From Macrostomum lignano (taxonomy: Eukaryota): a stretch of 52,772 bases of DNA. Shown piece after piece: positions 50,601 to 52,772 of the stretch (its first letter is position 1; every line of letters begins with the position of its first letter). The translations under genes and the position numbers were made by a program. Under the pieces are notes generated by a model. That model was given only the letters and a program-made list of their open reading frames with translations, ran no database searches and was not told the DNA's origin. The DNA lies in NCBI GenBank assembly GCA_002269645.1, contig NIVC01004259.1, positions 1-52,772 on the forward strand. The letters are read 5' to 3'.

Positions 50601-51279
50601 AAACCAAGGATTACTGCACTCAATAAACCAAGGACTATTGCTCTTGGCAAACCAAGGATTACTGCACTCGATAAGCCAAGGACTATTGCTCTTGCAAACC
50701 AAGGATTACTGCACTCGATAACCATGGATTATTGCTATTAATAAAACCAAGGATTACTGCACTCGATAAGCCAAGGATTATTGCTATTAATAAACCAAGG
50801 ATTACTGCACTCGATAACCAAGGATTATTGCTATTAATAAACCAAGGATTACTGCACTCGATAAGCCAAGGATTATTGCTATTAATAAACCATGAATTAC
50901 TGCACTCGATAAGCCAAGGATTATTGCTATTAATAAACCAAGGATTACTGCACTCGATAGCCATGGATTATTGCTATTAATAAACCAAGGTTACTGCACT
51001 CGATAGCCAAGGATTACTGCGCTTGATAAGCTTGGCTACATGTATAGGATTATTTCTATCCAGGGATGCTTGCTATTTAGGGATTCTTGCTATGTGCAGG
51101 ATGCTTGCTATCTGGAGGATGCTTCTACATATTTGGGTATGCTTGCTATCTGCAAGATGCTGCTATCTGCAAAGCTTGCTATCTGCAGATGCTTGCTATC
51201 GGGTGGATGCTTGCTAGGAGTATTAGGGGATGCTTGCTACTGGGGGGATGCTTGCTGTCTTGGGAATATTTTCTATTTA
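47631..51279 (+). mobile_element. Helitron-like unit 4 (3' terminus absent)
   Basis: Same 5' end, cassette and 24-bp array. Similarity stops after TTCTATTTAG (~51279), before the 3' hairpin/CTAG. Confidence 0.6.
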
Positions 51280-51409
51280 GGGGTAATGACTAAAATTCAT
51301 GAGAGCTAGCCTAGAGGTAAACAGACTAAACTGCTAAATGCAGGGACGATGGTTCGAATTTTTAGAGAGTAGAGTTTTTTTAATTAAAGCCTTTTAACGC
51401 CAAGACAAA

Positions 51410-52290
51410 AATTATGAAGCGTCATGTAAACAATCATACAAGCGTCATGTAAACAGAAGCATAGAAGCGTCATGTAAACAATCATAGAAGCTCATGTAAA
51501 ATACATAGAATCGTCATGTAAAAATCATAGAAGCGTATCATGTAAACAATCATAGAAGCGTCATGTTAAAATCATAAAAGCGTCATGTAAACAATCATAA
51601 AGCGTCATGTAAAACAATCATAGAAGCGTCATGTAAAAAAATCATAGAAGCGTCATGTAAAAATCATAAAAAGCGTCATAAAAATCATAGAAGCGTCATG
51701 TAAAATCATAGAAGCGTCATGTAAAACAAATCATAGAAAGCGTCATGTAAACAATCATAGAAGCGTCATGTAAAAATCATAGAAGCGTCATGTAAAAATC
51801 ATAGAAGCGTCATGTAAAAATCAAAAGCGTCATGTAACAATCATAGAAGCGTCATGTAATACAACATAGAAGCGTCATGTAAACAATCATAAGAAGCGTC
51901 ATGTAAAATCATAGAAGCGTCATGTAAAAATCATAGAAGCGTCATGTAAAAATCATAGAAGCGTCATGTAAAATCATAGAAGCGTCATGTAAAAATCATA
52001 GAAGCGTCATGTAAAAAATCATAGAAGCGTCATGTAAAATCATAAAAGCGTCATGTAAAAAATCATAGAAGCGTCATGTAAACAATCATACAAGCGTCAT
52101 GTAAACAATCATAGAAGCGTCATGTAAACATCATACAAGCGTCATGTAAACAAGCATAGAAGCGTCATGAAAAAATTATAGAAGCCTCATATAAAAAACT
52201 AATGAAAGTGTGTCATTTAAAAAATTAAGAAGCATCATGGAAGAATAAAAGAAGCGTAACGTAAAAATCAAAGAAGCGTCATGTCAGACA
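51410..52290. repeat. ~21-bp minisatellite (AATCATAGAAGCGTCATGTAAA)
   Basis: Tandem units following the fifth tRNA-like cassette. Confidence 0.93.
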
Positions 52291-52772
52291 TGAAAGAAAT
52301 GTCATATAAAAATTAAATAAGCTATAGTACGTGCTGTGCTGGGGAGAATTACTGAGACGTCAAGGCTCACAGAGAATAACTGAGATTACAGGGGGTTCTG
52401 AGATGTTAAAGCAAAAGTCAGAAGCTACTTCAAAGTACATGTACTTTACTTAAGTTTTTTATTGCATTCTTTGTTGGCTTGCCACGGTGGGGCGGCGGCT
52501 GATAGAAGAAGAGTCATGTAAAAATAAAAGGAGCACTATGTATACATAAATAAAAGTCATGTCAAAGTTAAAAGATTCATTTGGGAATTGCTACGATGTC
52601 AAAGCTTGGGGGAATCGTTATAGTGCTGTGATTCTTAAGAAGAGAATCACTTAAATGCCAAGCTTAGGAAGAAGAATTGCTGTGATTTCAAGGCTTTAGG
52701 TTGGGTGAAAGTTAGGTTTTACGTCAGGTTTGGGTTGAGGGTTAGATTTTAGCGCGTTTCAAGGTTAACAGG

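Noticed and set aside
52690-52772. Telomeric repeat
   Set aside because: Only scattered TTAGG/GGGTT-like words; no tandem TTAGGG.
44000-52772. Sequence divergence of units 3-4 as evolutionary decay
   Set aside because: Differences are mostly single-base losses in short homopolymers that increase toward the window end, the pattern expected of low-coverage long-read consensus.

Overview
Eukaryotic, repeat-saturated animal DNA: GC-rich exons with CAG/polyQ tracts, separated by many unrelated micro- and minisatellites. The style resembles a free-living flatworm such as Macrostomum, but that is inference only. The one confidently identifiable gene is a spliced p75NTR/NGFR-like death receptor on the minus strand (~19.0 kb to 4.56 kb). 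It has four TNFR cysteine-rich domains in one exon, a polyQ-containing stalk, a p75-type TM helix (DMIPVYCAVLGAIIVSLIVWIVFK), a p75-type death domain and a polyQ tail. As assembled, a 1-nt frameshift at ~5292 cuts off the death domain. From 35,873 onward the window is a head-to-tail array of non-autonomous Helitron-like units (5' TC; 3' hairpin+CTAG joined directly to the next TC). Each unit carries a tRNA-like Pol III cassette and a 24-bp minisatellite. Most long ORFs in the supplied track are translations of tandem repeats. Single-base indels rise beyond ~44 kb, suggesting lower consensus accuracy there.
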